From: Sphingobacteriia bacterium | GTDB taxonomy: Bacteria > Bacteroidota > Bacteroidia > Bacteroidales > UBA7960 | Assembly (NCBI GenBank): GCA_011390785.1 | Contig: JAABRR010000010.1 | Span: forward strand, 4,784-68,783 | DNA: 64,000 nt | Direction: 5' to 3' | Shown: positions 1-8,777 of the stretch, piece by piece | How positions within the stretch are numbered: position 1 is the first letter of the stretch | How the letters are laid out: each line of letters begins with the position of its first letter | Program-made: the position numbers and the translations under genes | Notes under the pieces: model-generated | Database searches by the model: none | The model's input: only the letters and a program-made list of their open reading frames with translations | Told to the model about the DNA's origin: nothing

Positions 1-777
1 TACCAGACTTAAGACTTCAAATCTCCAATCGTATAACCCAAATAAGGCTCCTATACCTACATCGTCAATTCCAGCCTCCTGCGCTCTGTCTAAAGATGTT
101 AAACGCCAGTCGTAATTTCGTTTAACACCGCCCAAATGTACACTGGCATAAGTAGGCCTATGGTAGGTTTCCTGAAAAACCTGAAAGGTGCCGATTCCGG
201 AATCCTTAATGGTTCTGAAACCTGGTATATCGAAAGGTGCTGCGTTAATGTTTACTCGTCTAATTTCACCATGGTTGTGCTTAACAGTGTAAACGATTTT
301 AACAGTTTCTGCAATAAAATCAGCAGTATATTTGGGATGTTCCCCATATACCAAAATAAGCCTTTTATGGCCCTGGTCAATTAAGGCGGTAGTTTCTTCA
401 ATTAGCTGTTGTTCGTTAAGTGTAATTCGCTTAATCCCTTTATTTTCTGACCTGAAACCACAATACTGACAATTATTTGTGCATAAATCGCCAACATAAA
501 GAGGTGCAAAAAGGACAATTCGCTCACCATAAACTTTTTCTTTTAAAGTGCGCGCTCCTTCTTTTATTTCTTCAATTAGGTCAGGATCCTCAGCATTTAG
601 TAAAACAGCAGTTTCTTCAAGTGATAATCTTTTTTTATCAAGAGATGCCTGAATTATTTCTCTTACCCTTTGTTTGGTTGATGGAGTTTTATTAATAAAA
701 TTCCAAATTTCATCCGCGTCAATGAAAGGTTTAATCCGTTCATCTTTAATAGCATATTTTTCGGGCTTATAAATCAT
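1..777 (-). CDS. hydG: [FeFe]-hydrogenase maturase HydG (radical SAM tyrosine lyase). N-terminal part only; the C-terminus lies beyond the window start.
   Basis: Not in the ORF track because it is an edge ORF. My reverse-complement translation from the ATG at 775-777 reads MIYKPEKYAIKDERIKPF...FAPLYVGDLCTNNCQYCGFRSENKG...QVFQETYHRPTYASVH. The CxxxCxxC radical-SAM motif sits in a HydG/ThiH-like context. The adjacent hydrogenase genes favour HydG over ThiH. Confidence 0.8.
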   Translation of the reverse strand, partial: MIYKPEKYAIKDERIKPFIDADEIWNFINKTPSTKQRVREIIQASLDKKRLSLEETAVLLNAEDPDLIEEIKEGARTLKEKVYGERIVLFAPLYVGDLCTNNCQYCGFRSENKGIKRITLNEQQLIEETTALIDQGHKRLILVYGEHPKYTADFIAETVKIVYTVKHNHGEIRRVNINAAPFDIPGFRTIKDSGIGTFQVFQETYHRPTYASVHLGGVKRNYDWRLTSLDRAQEAGIDDVGIGALFGLYDWRFEVLSLV

Positions 778-1004
778 ACTAAATCTGTATTTCGGTATTT
801 AAAGTTCAAAATTACTTAAATTTCACTTAACCCAGTTTTATTGGCCAAATAATATTTAATTTTTACTCTTAATGTTTCAATATCCTTCCTTGTTTTAAGA
901 ATTTATTTCTCCTTAAATAATTTGCAATTCATGGACTATTATTTTTGAAAAATCCATGGTTGCTTATTATTGATGCTTGTGATTTTAATACAAACATGTG
1001 TTTT

Positions 1005-1769
1005 TCAACCTATATTAACCTTTAGTCCATCAAAAGCTAAAAATATGTTTTGTGGTAGATTTTTCTGGACTTCTTCATGTAAACCAATAAAATGACTAAG
1101 ATGTGTTATAAAGGCTTTTACAGGTTTTACTTCGTTAATTACTTCAATAGCTTCACTTAGTGAAAAATGGCTTATATGTTTCGATTTTCTAAGCGCATTA
1201 ATAACCAGAACTTCTGAGCCTAAGAGTTTTTTCTTTTCTTCCGGAGCAATAAAGCTGGCATCAGTAATGTATGAAAAATTACCTACCCTAAATCCAAAAA
1301 CTGATAGTTTATGATGAAACACCTCAATAGGTAAAAACTCTAAATCATGAACCACGAAAAGCTTATTTTCTATAATCTGAAAATTGAGTTGAGGTGCACC
1401 AAAAAAACGTTTTTCGGTAAAAATATAAGGGAACTCTCTTTTTATGGATTCAATAACTTCTTTGCTGGCAAAAACATCTACAGTTTTGTTAAGAACATAA
1501 TTAAACGCTCTTACATCATCTAACCCTGCAATATGATCGCGATGTCCGTGTGTAAAAATAATTGCAGATATATCATCCACCTTCTCTCTAATCATTTGAT
1601 ACCTGAAATCCGGCCCACAATCAATAATAAAGCTTTGACCGTCAATCTCTATCATTACCGAAGTTCTGAGCCTTTTATCCCTTGAATCATTGCTTTTACA
1701 AACATTACAGTCGCATGCCACTACCGGCACTCCTGTAGATGTACCTGTACCCAAAAATGTAACCTTCAT
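1005..1769 (-). CDS. MBL-fold metallo-hydrolase (PhnP-like, with a Cys-rich CDCNVC zinc motif)
   Basis: MKVTFLGTGTSTGVPVVACDCNVCKS...FTHGHRDHIAGLDD (the HxHxDH motif). Start chosen at the internal ATG (1767-1769) by alignment with the paralogue at 44321. The ORF extends to 1841. Confidence 0.8.
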   Translation of the reverse strand: MKVTFLGTGTSTGVPVVACDCNVCKSNDSRDKRLRTSVMIEIDGQSFIIDCGPDFRYQMIREKVDDISAIIFTHGHRDHIAGLDDVRAFNYVLNKTVDVFASKEVIESIKREFPYIFTEKRFFGAPQLNFQIIENKLFVVHDLEFLPIEVFHHKLSVFGFRVGNFSYITDASFIAPEEKKKLLGSEVLVINALRKSKHISHFSLSEAIEVINEVKPVKAFITHLSHFIGLHEEVQKNLPQNIFLAFDGLKVNIG

Positions 1770-1803
1770 TTTAATTGCCTTTGGCATAAGAATGATTTCT
1801 GTA

Positions 1804-2724
1804 TCAATAAATGAGTTCTTCAATATCTTCCCTGGCTTCATTCAATTCATCGGGTACCAGCTGCCCATCAAAAAATATCTCTGCACCTTTAATCTTTTTG
1901 TGAAAAAAAAGCGTCCCTATTTTACCTGTAATATTTACATGTTCATAAATAAGAACGGTATGGATAACTCTTTTAAATTGATCTGTATCAGAAACAATGG
2001 TCATAGATTTTAAGGAATTGCCATTAAGAGATACGTGGGTTGCATAAATACCTGGTGGCGGAATAAGTTTTTCCTCTTCTTCGATATGAATTTTATAACA
2101 AGCTTGGGAAGGAAGTCCGGAAATAGTATCCGGGTTGAAAAAACTGCCTGTGATAATATAGTGGTGGTCGAGATAAGCATTGGCGCGCATTATATTTCCT
2201 TCTGCAAGTGCCTTACGAATTTTTGTTGAGCTAACGGTTTCGTTTTCAATATCTTTAAGAGGAATATCCTCTACCTGAAACTTTAGCTTCTCACTTAACT
2301 CATATAGGTAAGAATAATCGCCGGACCTGTTATAACCAAAATGATGATTTTGGCCAACGATGATAATTTTAGCATTTAATTTATCTATAAGTATATCTGT
2401 AATAAAATCATGTGAGGTGGTTTTCGAAAAATCTACTGAAAAAGGAATGATTACCAGATTTTGTAGTCCTGTTTTAGATAAAAGATCGATTTTTTCTTCC
2501 TGCGAATTAATCAATTTAAGATCTTTCTGCTCTGGGTAAAGCACCTTTCGTGGGTGTGGGTGGAAAGTAACCAGGCACGATTCCCCATTAATTTTTTTTG
2601 CCAACTGATTAAGGCGATCAATGATTATTTTATGACCAATATGAACTCCATCGAAAGACCCTGTTGTTATAACAGCATTTTTCGTAATTCCTTTAGCATC
2701 ATCGGCATTATAAAATACTTCCAT
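1804..2724 (-). CDS. ribF: Bifunctional riboflavin kinase / FMN adenylyltransferase
   Basis: N-terminal GSFDGVHIGH nucleotidyltransferase motif and a C-terminal riboflavin-kinase-like half. ATG at 2722-2724 preferred over the TTG at 2754 used in the track. Confidence 0.88.
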   Translation of the reverse strand: MEVFYNADDAKGITKNAVITTGSFDGVHIGHKIIIDRLNQLAKKINGESCLVTFHPHPRKVLYPEQKDLKLINSQEEKIDLLSKTGLQNLVIIPFSVDFSKTTSHDFITDILIDKLNAKIIIVGQNHHFGYNRSGDYSYLYELSEKLKFQVEDIPLKDIENETVSSTKIRKALAEGNIMRANAYLDHHYIITGSFFNPDTISGLPSQACYKIHIEEEEKLIPPPGIYATHVSLNGNSLKSMTIVSDTDQFKRVIHTVLIYEHVNITGKIGTLFFHKKIKGAEIFFDGQLVPDELNEAREDIEELIY

Positions 2725-2772
2725 CAATAAAAAGGTTTTAAATATTGTAATCAATGCATAAGGAATGCATGT

Positions 2773-3414
2773 TTAATCAATGTCTTGTTTTACAAAGAAA
2801 GCTAGTTTTTCAAGAGAAGTGATAATATCGTATTCTTCAAGATGGATGTTTTCTGGCACAGTTAGGGGAACTGAAGTATAGTTTAGAATCCCTTTTATTC
2901 CGGCATCTATTATCATACGGGCTGCTTCCATAGTGCCCTGCGGCGCAACTGTAAGTATGGCTATTTGAATATTCATTTCTGGCGCAACTTCCTTAATCTT
3001 ATTGATATGATGACAGGGAATCCCGGCTATAATCCTTTTAATTTTTTGGGTATCATTATCAAAAGCGGCTACAATAGACAAACGCTCTCGTTTTCCGGAA
3101 AAGTAGCTTGTGATAGCCCTTCCAAGGTTACCCATTCCTACAACGGCAACATTTAATGGATTCTTACTATCGATAATGCTCCCAATAAGGGTAATGAGAT
3201 CTTTGATAATATAACCCTTGCTCTGGCTACCCGAATATCCTATCAACATTAAATCGCGCCGAACCTGAACAGATGTAAGATTCATCATTTTGGCCAGCTC
3301 GTGCGAATAGATGTTTGTTTTACCCTGATTTATGCTATTAAATAGTATCCGCCGATATTGGCTGAGCCTCTCAATTGTTTTGCCTGGTAAGTCGTTTAAC
3401 TTTTGAATTTCCAT
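2773..3414 (-). CDS. rex: Redox-sensing transcriptional repressor Rex (NADH/NAD+ sensor)
   Basis: 213 aa. N-terminal winged-helix segment (ERLSQYRRIL...LAKMMNLTSVQVRRDL) followed by the Rossmann motif VAVVGMGNLGRA. Length and layout are typical of Rex. Confidence 0.88.
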   Translation of the reverse strand: MEIQKLNDLPGKTIERLSQYRRILFNSINQGKTNIYSHELAKMMNLTSVQVRRDLMLIGYSGSQSKGYIIKDLITLIGSIIDSKNPLNVAVVGMGNLGRAITSYFSGKRERLSIVAAFDNDTQKIKRIIAGIPCHHINKIKEVAPEMNIQIAILTVAPQGTMEAARMIIDAGIKGILNYTSVPLTVPENIHLEEYDIITSLEKLAFFVKQDID

Positions 3415-3437
3415 AAGTATTAAAATAGAATTAGTTT

Positions 3438-4559
3438 TTACTGAGGAGGAAATTTAATGGTAAAAGTGCTTCCCTGATCAGGTTCACTATCTACCTGAAT
3501 TGATGCACCATAAAGATCAGAGATTTTTTTAACGATTGATAATCCTAAGCCTGTACCACTAATATTTTTGGTTTGTTCACTCTTAATTCTTACAAAATCT
3601 TCAAATAATTTTTCGATATCATTTTTTATCATTCCTATGCCGGTATCTGCAACACTGAGAATGGTATTATCATTTTCTTTTTTTACAGTAATATCTATTC
3701 TACCACCGTGCTTATTGTATTTTATAGCATTAGAAACCAGGTTATTAATTATAATATCTAATTCCTGCTTATCGGCCTTCATGGTTATAGTATCGTTGCA
3801 GTTGAGATGTATGTCAATGTCCTTTTGAATACACATTGGCTGCATTGAATCAATAGATTGCCTGGCATTTTCACAGAGGTTAATATTCTTGATGTTTCGA
3901 AGTTTTTTACCTGATTCAATTCTTGTAAAGTCAAGTAAATCAAGGATAAGATTTCTCATTTCCTGCATCCGCGTTAGAGATCTGTTGATCATTTCGGTAT
4001 AATCGCCAACATAATGCCCGTTTCGTTTTTCAAGCATAAGTTTCAAATATCCTTCTACCGCATTAATAGGAGACTTTAATTCGTGCGACAGCACTGAAAG
4101 GAATTGAAACCTGATCTGCTTGCCTTCCTGCTGCATTTTTTGGGTCATTCTTCTAAGAAAAAGTTGCTTGGCTATATTCTCAAGACAATTTCTTAGTTCT
4201 TTGGGAGTAAAAGGTTTTGGAACAAAGTCATAGGCTCCGCTCCTGGTAGCTTTTACAGCCATATCTAAAGATGCATAAGATGTTATCATTACTACTATAA
4301 CATCAATATTTTGTTTTTTGATGTATTCCAAAACTTCTATACCTTGAATTCCTGGTAATTTATTATCCAGCAGAGCAATATCAAACAAATAATTATCGAG
4401 TAATTCAATGGCTTCTTCCCCGCTTTCTGCTTCAAAAACTTCGAAGTCAAAATCTTCATCCATAAAGGGATAACTTACTGAAAAACTTTCCAGTATTCTC
4501 TTTATACCGCTTCTAATGCCCGGCTCATCGTCCACTACCAGCAGGTTGAGTTTTCCCAT
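3438..4559 (-). CDS. Hybrid response-regulator receiver / histidine kinase (REC-HisKA-HATPase)
   Basis: N-terminal REC (LLVVDDEPGIR...IALLDNKLPG...KPF). H-box LSVLSHELKSPINA. C-terminal ATPase G-boxes (DTGIGM, GTGLGLSIV). Confidence 0.85.
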   Translation of the reverse strand: MGKLNLLVVDDEPGIRSGIKRILESFSVSYPFMDEDFDFEVFEAESGEEAIELLDNYLFDIALLDNKLPGIQGIEVLEYIKKQNIDVIVVMITSYASLDMAVKATRSGAYDFVPKPFTPKELRNCLENIAKQLFLRRMTQKMQQEGKQIRFQFLSVLSHELKSPINAVEGYLKLMLEKRNGHYVGDYTEMINRSLTRMQEMRNLILDLLDFTRIESGKKLRNIKNINLCENARQSIDSMQPMCIQKDIDIHLNCNDTITMKADKQELDIIINNLVSNAIKYNKHGGRIDITVKKENDNTILSVADTGIGMIKNDIEKLFEDFVRIKSEQTKNISGTGLGLSIVKKISDLYGASIQVDSEPDQGSTFTIKFPPQ

Positions 4560-4561
4560 TC

Positions 4562-4960
4562 TTACAATTTCAGCAATTTATTTATTTCTTTATGCAGCTG
4601 ATCCATCCTTATGCCTTTATCCAGAAACATATCTGCCTTTATCCATTCCCGATTTTCTTCTGATTCTACATCAAAAAGCAGCCCTGTTTCTGCTGTTACA
4701 GCTGAGGCAATTATTATGGGAACATCTTTATATTTATTTTTAATGATATGACAAATTGTAAAACCTGTATCCTGATTTTCCATCATTAAATCCAAAATGG
4801 CAAGATCGGGTTTCAATTTACCAATAATATCTTCTGCCTCTTTTTGTGTTGTGGCCGTAATTACATCAAACCCCATATCCTGGATGGCAATACTCAGTTG
4901 AAAAAGATAATCAGGATCATCATCAACCAAAAGAATCTTTTTTTTATCAAGTTTAAGCAT
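4562..4960 (-). CDS. Stand-alone response-regulator receiver domain protein with no output domain
   Basis: 132 aa. KKILLVDDDPDYL...LAILDLMM matches the receiver acidic pocket and phospho-acceptor Asp context. There is no DNA-binding or enzymatic domain. Confidence 0.85.
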   Translation of the reverse strand: MLKLDKKKILLVDDDPDYLFQLSIAIQDMGFDVITATTQKEAEDIIGKLKPDLAILDLMMENQDTGFTICHIIKNKYKDVPIIIASAVTAETGLLFDVESEENREWIKADMFLDKGIRMDQLHKEINKLLKL

Positions 4961-4982
4961 ACTATAAATTTTAAATCAGTAA

Positions 4983-7007
4983 TCAAGCGGTTTTTACAAA
5001 ATCTGAAACCCTGGGCAGAGAAACCAGGAAACTTGTTCCTGTTGGTCCTTTAGCTCTATCACTATTCGATTCCACTTTTATGTTTCCTTTGTGCATTTTT
5101 ACAATTCCGTAAATAATGGGCAACCCTAAACCTGTGCCTTTACCATCTTCTTTGGTGGTAAAGAACGGCTCAAACATACGTTCCATATTATCAGACGATA
5201 TACCTGTGCCCGAGTCTTTTATTGTAAATATTAGTTCGTTAGGATTATGAGTGTTATCATTTACTTTTAAAGCAAGCTTTCCTCCACCTGGCATAGCATC
5301 AATGGCATTTTTTATCAGGTTTGAAAACACCTGTACCATTTGATCATGATCACATTCCAAATTCGGATCAAGCGTATTAATTTCGATAGCAAGATCGATG
5401 TTTTGAGGAATAACCAACGCTTTCATACTATTTTTAATGAGCGTTCTAATATTAACCTCATTAAGGTCTACTTTGCTTTTTCGGGCAAAGTTAAGCAATC
5501 CACCCACAATTTTTTTGCATCGGTCTGCCTGATCAACAATTAGTTTGAGATCTTTGTAGTGAGGTGAGTCTGGTTCTATTTCATCCAGTAACAGGTGAGC
5601 ATACATAATAACAACACCCAGAGGATTATTTACCTCATGCGCAATACCTGCGGCCAGTTGTCCCATGGATGCCAGTTTTTCTGATTGTTTTAATGCAGCC
5701 TGAGTAGAAGCCAGTTTTTTATTAGAGATATCAAGATCTTTAATATACTTATGCAGCTTGTCAATAGTATAAGGTAAACACATTTCTGTTTCTGCTATTC
5801 CTTTTAAAATAGCAATTGCATGCTCATGGCAGCTTTCGTATCCGCAGGCTGTACAATTTAATTCATCATCCAGGTTGAAGATACCAAGTTTTTCTTTAAC
5901 CTTTTGAATATCTTCCTCGCTAAAATCAGAAGAAAATCTTTGATCGTCGGCAATAAAATATCTTGTAAGATCAAGGTTTTCAAATTTTTTTATTTCCTGA
6001 AACCATTTTTTTTGGTCTAAGCGGTCAAACTGACGCTTGGCAAAATTGCTGATATTTTTTCTTTTATAAAAAAACTGACTTCGGTTGCTCATTCCAGGTC
6101 CGTTTAAACACCCGTTACAACAAAGCAGATCAAAGAGTTTGGCACCCAGATAACCTTCTTCAAATTCTTTAAGTACTTCTGTAATATCATGCCTTCCTTC
6201 CGCCACAACAATTTCTCCGCTTATAAAGTCTTCCTCCAGATCAACAGTTTGAAGCATACCACCACTTATAGGAAATACTGAACCCTTACCGGCAAGGGGT
6301 GGATCAAATTCTGATGGTTGCACTTCATGCATCAAAATTTTCTTCTCATCAAACATACGTCTTAACTCAATAAAGGATATTACTTCATCTACAAGACCTT
6401 TAAACTGATTTTCTGCTGCTTCTGATTTTTTTGCAATACATGGACCAATAAAAACAATTTTTAAATCAGAGCCATGAATGGATTTTAGCACCTTTGCCGT
6501 GGCTATCATAGGAGAAACCACCTGTACCAAAGATTTTACAACTTGAGGGTGGTGCTTTTCAACATAAGTTACGATTGCCGGACAACTGGTACTGATATAG
6601 GGTTGTTTTTGCTCACTTTGAAGGAGTTTTTTATATCGATTGGCAACCAATTCAGCACCAAAAGCAACTTCATTTACAAAATGAAATCCCAGCGAACGAA
6701 TCATTCCAACCAGTCGCTGATAATCAGGTATATCAATAAATTCTGCCACAAGGCTTGGGGCAACAATCGCTGCAACTTTATCTGAGTTTTCAATTAACTT
6801 TCTTACCTTATCTATGGAAAAGGAAAACATTTTTGCCTGCCTGTTACAAACTTTTACACAATTGCCACAGGCAATACAACGCGAAGCAATTATTTCTGCC
6901 TGTCCATTTACAATTCTAATTGCTTTTGCCGGACACTCGCGTACACAGGTATAGCATACCTTACAACGATCTTTTACAGTATAAACCAGTTGGTTTTTGC
7001 TATCCAT
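4983..7007 (-). CDS. Sensory-type [FeFe]-hydrogenase-like protein fused to a histidine kinase (2x[4Fe-4S] domain, H-cluster domain, Cx2Cx4Cx16C motif, HisKA, HATPase)
   Basis: Ferredoxin motifs CKVCYTCVRECP and CIACGNCVKVC. H-domain motifs are altered relative to HydA: STSCPAIV, GPCIAKKSE, LLCCNGCLNGPG. Also present are CTACGYESC-x16-C, the H-box GIAHEVNNPL and ATPase motifs (DSGTGI, GTGLGL). Confidence 0.85.
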   Translation of the reverse strand: MDSKNQLVYTVKDRCKVCYTCVRECPAKAIRIVNGQAEIIASRCIACGNCVKVCNRQAKMFSFSIDKVRKLIENSDKVAAIVAPSLVAEFIDIPDYQRLVGMIRSLGFHFVNEVAFGAELVANRYKKLLQSEQKQPYISTSCPAIVTYVEKHHPQVVKSLVQVVSPMIATAKVLKSIHGSDLKIVFIGPCIAKKSEAAENQFKGLVDEVISFIELRRMFDEKKILMHEVQPSEFDPPLAGKGSVFPISGGMLQTVDLEEDFISGEIVVAEGRHDITEVLKEFEEGYLGAKLFDLLCCNGCLNGPGMSNRSQFFYKRKNISNFAKRQFDRLDQKKWFQEIKKFENLDLTRYFIADDQRFSSDFSEEDIQKVKEKLGIFNLDDELNCTACGYESCHEHAIAILKGIAETEMCLPYTIDKLHKYIKDLDISNKKLASTQAALKQSEKLASMGQLAAGIAHEVNNPLGVVIMYAHLLLDEIEPDSPHYKDLKLIVDQADRCKKIVGGLLNFARKSKVDLNEVNIRTLIKNSMKALVIPQNIDLAIEINTLDPNLECDHDQMVQVFSNLIKNAIDAMPGGGKLALKVNDNTHNPNELIFTIKDSGTGISSDNMERMFEPFFTTKEDGKGTGLGLPIIYGIVKMHKGNIKVESNSDRAKGPTGTSFLVSLPRVSDFVKTA

Positions 7008-7056
7008 GTTATTTTTAATTTAAAAAATATTGCCAGACAATCTAAAGACTATCATT

Positions 7057-8766
7057 TTATTTTAAAATGTTTCTTTCATGATAATGGGTGTAAAATTCAG
7101 GTGCATTTTCGGGTAAACCAGCCAACAGCGTATATTTTACCAGATCGCTATTCAATCCGGCAACACTGTTGGATATACTCTTCTGAAGATCCTGAGCCAT
7201 TTTCTTCCTGTTTTTCTGCTTATCAGCATAGATCACTATAGGTTGTCCACCACCACCAGCACAACCTCCACTGCAGGCCATTACTTCAACATAGTGTATA
7301 TCTGTTCTTGATTCTTCCTTCAGATGATTAAGATATTTCTGGAATTCCATTATGCCACTTACCCATGCAAAACCATATTCATGCTTACCTATTTTTATTT
7401 TTACTTCTTTGCGGCTACCTGGGTTTTTGGGGACTGTAAATTTAAACCCTTTGTTGTTTTGTCCATTGCTCATAAGATTGATCTGCTGAGCAATTGCTTC
7501 AGCTTTACCCCCAGAAAAAGACATTTGTAAACCTGCGTTAGAGTTATTGTCAAAAGGAGGTTCACATTTTTCCGGATCAATATGATTAATATTTAATCCA
7601 TAACTTCTTAGCATTCTAATGAATTCGCGCACAGTTATTACCGCATCGGTTTCAGAAATACCTCGTGATGTGTTTTCTTCTCGTGAACATTCAAATTTAT
7701 TGGCCACACAGGGCATAAAAGAAACAGTGTAAATATTTTCTCTATTAGCTCCTTCGTTAAATTCATACTTGATTAATCTACCCATTAGTTGCTGGGGCGA
7801 TTTTACACTTGATAAATCAGGTAAAGTGTCTGGTATAAATTTCTCAGCATATTCAACCCATGAAGGGCAACATGAAGAAAATAACGGGCCATGAATATTT
7901 TTTTCGACCCGTTCTTTCAGAAGCCTGGCTTCAAGAATAACATTGAGGTCGTTTGCCAGCGACATATCATATACTTTTGAAAACCCCATTTTTTTTAACG
8001 CGGCAGTAACAATTCCAATAGGGTTATCAGTTTGTTTTAAACCATAATACTCAGCTACAGAAGCAGCAAAACCAGCCGAAATCATAGCTATAGTTGTTTT
8101 TTTGCTGTTATTGATTGCAGATTGCACTTTTTCAATATGTGAAATATCTACCAATGCACCGGTGGGACAAACCATAATACACTGACCGCAATCTATACAG
8201 CTGGAAATGTTAAGACCTTTGTTAAAAGCTGAGTTTACCTTGGTTTTATTACCCTTTGAAATGAATTCCAGAGCGGTAACGAGTTGAATTTCTTCGCAAA
8301 CTCTTACACACCTGTTGCATAAAATACATTTTGCCGGATCGCGATAAACGCTGGAGCTCGAATGATCTCTCTGATCTGAGTTCTTTTTGCTGTAAAACCT
8401 TCTCTCTTTAACATGTAATTCTTCTGCCAGCCATTGCAATTCGCAATTACCATTTCGTTCGCAATACAAACAATCATCCGGGTGGTTTGCCAATAACATT
8501 TCAACTATGGCTTTGCGGGCTTTTATAACCCTGGACGAATTGGTTTTTACGACCATTCCCGGTTCTGCCGGATACGTGCAGGAAGTTACCAGATCGCGTT
8601 TACCTTCAACCTCCACCACGCATAAGCGGCAAGCTCCGGAAGGTGCAAAGTCTTTCATGTGGCACAACGTAGGAATCTTAATCCCTTTACCGCGCATTAT
8701 TGTGAGGAGGGTTTCACCTTCCTGAACATCTATGGGAGCATTATTTACATTGATAGTAAAACTCAT
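7057..8766 (-). CDS. hydA: Catalytic [FeFe] hydrogenase large subunit HydA (2Fe-2S, His-ligated 4Fe-4S, 2x 4Fe-4S and H-cluster; electron-bifurcating HydABC type)
   Basis: All three canonical H-cluster motifs are present: FSSCCPSWVEY, FMPCVANKFE and EVMACSGGCAGGGGQP. N-terminal plant-type 2Fe-2S and NuoG-like HPDDCLYCERNGNCELQ. Two CxxCxxCxxxCP-type motifs. Confidence 0.92.
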   Translation of the reverse strand: MSFTINVNNAPIDVQEGETLLTIMRGKGIKIPTLCHMKDFAPSGACRLCVVEVEGKRDLVTSCTYPAEPGMVVKTNSSRVIKARKAIVEMLLANHPDDCLYCERNGNCELQWLAEELHVKERRFYSKKNSDQRDHSSSSVYRDPAKCILCNRCVRVCEEIQLVTALEFISKGNKTKVNSAFNKGLNISSCIDCGQCIMVCPTGALVDISHIEKVQSAINNSKKTTIAMISAGFAASVAEYYGLKQTDNPIGIVTAALKKMGFSKVYDMSLANDLNVILEARLLKERVEKNIHGPLFSSCCPSWVEYAEKFIPDTLPDLSSVKSPQQLMGRLIKYEFNEGANRENIYTVSFMPCVANKFECSREENTSRGISETDAVITVREFIRMLRSYGLNINHIDPEKCEPPFDNNSNAGLQMSFSGGKAEAIAQQINLMSNGQNNKGFKFTVPKNPGSRKEVKIKIGKHEYGFAWVSGIMEFQKYLNHLKEESRTDIHYVEVMACSGGCAGGGGQPIVIYADKQKNRKKMAQDLQKSISNSVAGLNSDLVKYTLLAGLPENAPEFYTHYHERNILK

Positions 8767-8777
8767 AATATTTTGTT

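Noticed and set aside
136-695. Plus-strand ORFs 136-384 and 477-695
   Set aside because: They lie antisense to a clear HydG reading frame that runs uninterrupted from 777 to the window edge. Their sequences are low-complexity, so they are shadow ORFs.
8304-8504. 66-aa minus-strand ORF inside hydA
   Set aside because: It is a different reading frame on the same strand, nested within hydA. hydA is fully supported by its Fe-S and H-cluster motifs.
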